Assembly: GCA_963736115.1 (NCBI GenBank)
Contig: CAVTNR010000002.1
Span: 96,001 to 160,000, forward strand
Length of the DNA: 64,000 nucleotides
Reading direction: 5' to 3'
Source: an uncultured bacterium
GTDB lineage: Bacteria > Zhuqueibacterota > QNDG01 > DTFT01
The notes under the pieces: model-generated
Told to the model about the DNA's origin: nothing
The model's input: the letters and a program-made list of their open reading frames with translations, nothing else
The model's database searches: none
Part shown: one piece after another, positions 61,447-64,000 of the stretch
How the letters are laid out: every line of letters starts with the position of its first letter
How positions within the stretch are numbered: position 1 is the first letter of the stretch
Made by a program: the position numbers and the translations under genes

Positions 61447-62633
61447 GCCCGCCTCCCGCCGGAGGACATGGCCCTGAGCCGCTTCACGGATGAGACGACG
61501 GCGTCCGCGGCGCGGTCGCATTCCGCCCCGGTTGTGTTCCGTCCCAGGGTCAGGCGCAGACTTCCCCGCGCCGCGTCCGCGGAAAGACCGATGGCGGTCA
61601 GCACATGGGACGGACCGGAAGACCGCGAACTGCACGCCGATCCGGTGGAGGCGGCGATGCCGTCCAGGTCCAGGGAGATGACAAGCGATTCGCCCTCCAC
61701 GCCGTCGAAGGAGCAGTTCAGGTTGTTCGAAAGTCTCAGGGTCGCATGCCCGTTCAGCCGGACGCCGTCCAGACGTCCCCGGATTGCGTTCCATAACCGG
61801 TCACGCAGGCCGCGAATGCGTTCGTCCTCCCCGGCCATAACGGAGGCCGCTATCTCAGCGGCCTTCCCCAGGCCCACGATTCCGGGCACATTATGCGTGG
61901 AACTCCGCCGGCCGCCTTCCTGCCCGCCTCCTATCAGAAAGGGCTCGAAAGGCGTTCCCTTCCGGATGAACAGGGCGCCGACGCCCTTGGGTCCGTACAG
62001 TTTATGCGCTGACAGGGACAGCAGGTCGACGCCACAGGCCCGGACGTCGATCGGAATATGTCCCGCGGTCTGCACCGCATCGGTGTGGAATAGGGCGCCC
62101 GCTTCGTGCGCGGCCGCGGCGATTTCGTTGACCGGCTGAATCGTGCCGATCTCGTTATTGGCGTGCATCACGGAAACGAGCGCCGCCCCGCCCCCCGCGG
62201 CGGCGCGGCGCGCCGCGTCCACCGTGATCAGGCCGTCCGGATCCGGCTGCAGCACATCGAGTCCGACGCCCCGTTCGGCCAGCGCCTCCGCGCAGGCGAG
62301 CACGGCGTGGTGTTCGATGGCGGTCGTGACCAGACGTCCGGCCTTTTCCGATACGCCGGCGGCCGGCAGGATCCCGATCAGAGCCGCATTGTCCGATTCC
62401 GTGCCTCCGCCGGTGAATACGATCTCCGACGGGTCCGCGTTCAGCAGGGAAGCGACCCGGCCGCGCGCCGTCTCTATGGCCTGCAGGGCCTCCTGGCCGA
62501 ATGCGTGAATCGAGGAAGGATTGCCGAATCGTTCCGTGAAATAGGGCCGCATGGCTTCGGCGACGGCCGGATCCACGGCCGTCGTGGCCGCATGATCCAG
62601 GTAAATCCTGGGAGAATCGGGGGTTGTCGTCAT
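61443..62633 (-). CDS. iscS: cysteine desulfurase (IscS/NifS family)
   Basis: [48 protein letters not shown]. Confidence 0.92.
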   Translation of the reverse strand: MTTTPDSPRIYLDHAATTAVDPAVAEAMRPYFTERFGNPSSIHAFGQEALQAIETARGRVASLLNADPSEIVFTGGGTESDNAALIGILPAAGVSEKAGRLVTTAIEHHAVLACAEALAERGVGLDVLQPDPDGLITVDAARRAAAGGGAALVSVMHANNEIGTIQPVNEIAAAAHEAGALFHTDAVQTAGHIPIDVRACGVDLLSLSAHKLYGPKGVGALFIRKGTPFEPFLIGGGQEGGRRSSTHNVPGIVGLGKAAEIAASVMAGEDERIRGLRDRLWNAIRGRLDGVRLNGHATLRLSNNLNCSFDGVEGESLVISLDLDGIAASTGSACSSRSSGPSHVLTAIGLSADAARGSLRLTLGRNTTGAECDRAADAVVSSVKRLRAMSSGGRRA

Positions 62634-62675
62634 GATCGGCTTTCCGGGGTTCCGTTACCTTTTTATAAGACTATC

Positions 62676-62704
62676 AATATAATCATCCCTCTTCCGAATC
62701 ACAA
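62676..62704 (-). promoter_or_regulatory. sigma70-type promoter of iscS-nadA-mnmA
   Basis: Minus strand TTGTGA-N17-TATATT. Confidence 0.5.
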
Positions 62705-62711
62705 GATGGAA

Positions 62712-62868
62712 TTGACGAACCCCGCCGCCCGCTTCGAGGGACCCAGTTATTTTTCAGTTATCGAAGGAACCGGCGGTGTATCAAACTCGTCGGAGCGGCC
62801 AGAAGCCCCAATCTCCGATCATCCAGAAAACCGGAGCCAGAACAACCAGGCTTCTGGCCGCCCGATTG
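62712..62868. repeat. palindromic repeat with degenerate 40-bp insert plus 81-bp hairpin module, copy 2
   Basis: TTGACGAACCCCGCCG start resembles 56451; insert at 62728-62767; hairpin module at 62788-62868. Confidence 0.8.
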
Positions 62869-62976
62869 GACTGCCGCGCCTTCCGGCTCGGGCCCGAATG
62901 CCGTCAGGGGATCCGGGAATTCGCTGAGGTGGCCACCGGCGCAAACGGCCGCGGACGGCGCGACCGGGCCCGCATG

Positions 62977-63002
62977 AAAAAGGCCCGCCTGCGGCGGGCC
63001 TT
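62977..63002 (-). terminator. intrinsic terminator
   Basis: AAGGCCCGCC-GCA-GGCGGGCCTT followed by TTT on the minus strand, 25 nt after stop 63028. Confidence 0.8.
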
Positions 63003-63027
63003 GCGCTACCGGAATCCGGGACTCAAG

Positions 63028-63588
63028 TCAGACCCGCCGGGTTTGAGTGTCCTCGATTTTCTTGATGGCGTCCCGCAGGCGGGCGGCGTCTTCGTACCGC
63101 TCGTCCTTGACCGCATTCTGCAGTTCGGACTGCAGGTGATGGAGCTCGTCGCCCTCGTCCGGCACGTCGGCTCCCTGCAAACCCAGTTCCTCGTTGATCG
63201 ATGCTTTCTGCATGACTTCCTCGTTTACGAATATGGGGGACTGCGTCCTTAGTGCGAGCGCGATGGCGTCGCTCGGACGGGCGTCTATCTTGGACTGGTC
63301 TCCGTTCCGCTTCAGGTCGATCTGGGCGAAATACGTGTTGTCCTTGAGATCATTGACCACGACCCGGAGTATGCCGGCGTGCATGGAATCCAGAATGTTC
63401 TTCAACAGGTCATGCGTCATCGGACGGGGTGGCTGAATATGCTCGAGCTGAAGCGCGATGGCCTGCGCTTCCGAGGGTCCGACCACGATGGGCAGCCAGC
63501 GCCGGTTGACCTCATCCTTGAGGATCACCACGAACCGGTTGTTTTCCGTATCCAGCGTAACCCGTTCGACCTGAACGGAGATCATCAT
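63028..63588 (-). CDS. bifunctional nuclease (DUF151) family protein with C-terminal UVR domain
   Basis: LPIVVGPSEAQAI, PRPMTHDL, IDARPSDAIALALR, ERYEDAARLRDAI. Confidence 0.92.
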   Translation of the reverse strand: MMISVQVERVTLDTENNRFVVILKDEVNRRWLPIVVGPSEAQAIALQLEHIQPPRPMTHDLLKNILDSMHAGILRVVVNDLKDNTYFAQIDLKRNGDQSKIDARPSDAIALALRTQSPIFVNEEVMQKASINEELGLQGADVPDEGDELHHLQSELQNAVKDERYEDAARLRDAIKKIEDTQTRRV

Positions 63589-63615
63589 GATACCAATCCT
63601 TCCTTTTGCACCGGA

Positions 63616-63644
63616 AGCATAGGATAAAATATCGAGAAAATCAA
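63616..63644 (-). promoter_or_regulatory. sigma70-type promoter of the DUF151 gene
   Basis: Minus strand TTGATT-N17-TATGCT; the -35 overlaps the upstream stop codon. Confidence 0.5.
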
Positions 63645-64000
63645 GTAAAATCTTGTCCCTCAGTAAGCGCCTTAAAGCTCCTTAACTCCACGTGGTACAG
63701 TGATTTAAATACGTTGTTCCGCAGATCAGCGTGTTTCTCGGTCCTCTGCAGCTGGCGTATCAGCCCCTTCACCGCCGTCCGTCTGGAGCTGCCGTCCATC
63801 GGACACAGCCTCGGAAGCGCGGGCAATCCGCATTCCCCGGCAAATCTCTTGATCCGGGCCTCTTCTATATAGACAAACGGACGGATCAGAGTCAGCCGGT
63901 TCCGAAAGATGGGCTGAACCGGATACAGGGTGCCGATTTTCCGGCCGTACAGGATGTTGAGCAGGAGGGTGTCGATGATATCGTCCCGGTGATGGCCGGT
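63641..64000 (-). CDS. ttcA: tRNA 2-thiocytidine biosynthesis TtcA-family protein (3' part only)
   Basis: Manual translation: TGHHRDDIIDTLLLNILYG...LIRPFVYIEE...CPMDGSSRR. Confidence 0.8.
   Translation of the reverse strand, partial: TGHHRDDIIDTLLLNILYGRKIGTLYPVQPIFRNRLTLIRPFVYIEEARIKRFAGECGLPALPRLCPMDGSSRRTAVKGLIRQLQRTEKHADLRNNVFKSLYHVELRSFKALTEGQDFT

Overview
GC-rich bacterial chromosomal window. Four secreted proteins end in an (N/G)(Y/F)PNPFN-type C-terminal domain, which suggests an FCB-affiliated lineage such as KSB1 or Calditrichota (inference). Most of the window is housekeeping: tyrS, smpB, tRNA-Leu(CAG), polA, gltX, ispD/ispF, queA, ruvCAB, yebC, thrA, asd, cstA, mnmA, nadA, a cysteine desulfurase and partial ttcA. 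A central accessory block (26.7-47.4 kb) encodes four large modular secreted proteins (PKD/repeat, cohesin, beta-helix and a ~2,490 aa SGNH/Ig protein) plus three glycan-modifying genes. The block begins at a sigma54-type promoter with an exact IHF consensus site. The most unusual signal is non-coding: several palindromic REP/PATE-like repeat families in intergenic gaps are interrupted by smaller recurring 25-80 bp modules (repeats inside repeats). One is a ~44 bp module with fixed ends and a variable AT-rich core. No transposase is encoded in the window. About nine single-base frameshifts, several in homopolymers and in conserved housekeeping genes, are most likely sequencing or assembly errors rather than pseudogenes. 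All product calls come from motif recognition only; no database search was run.
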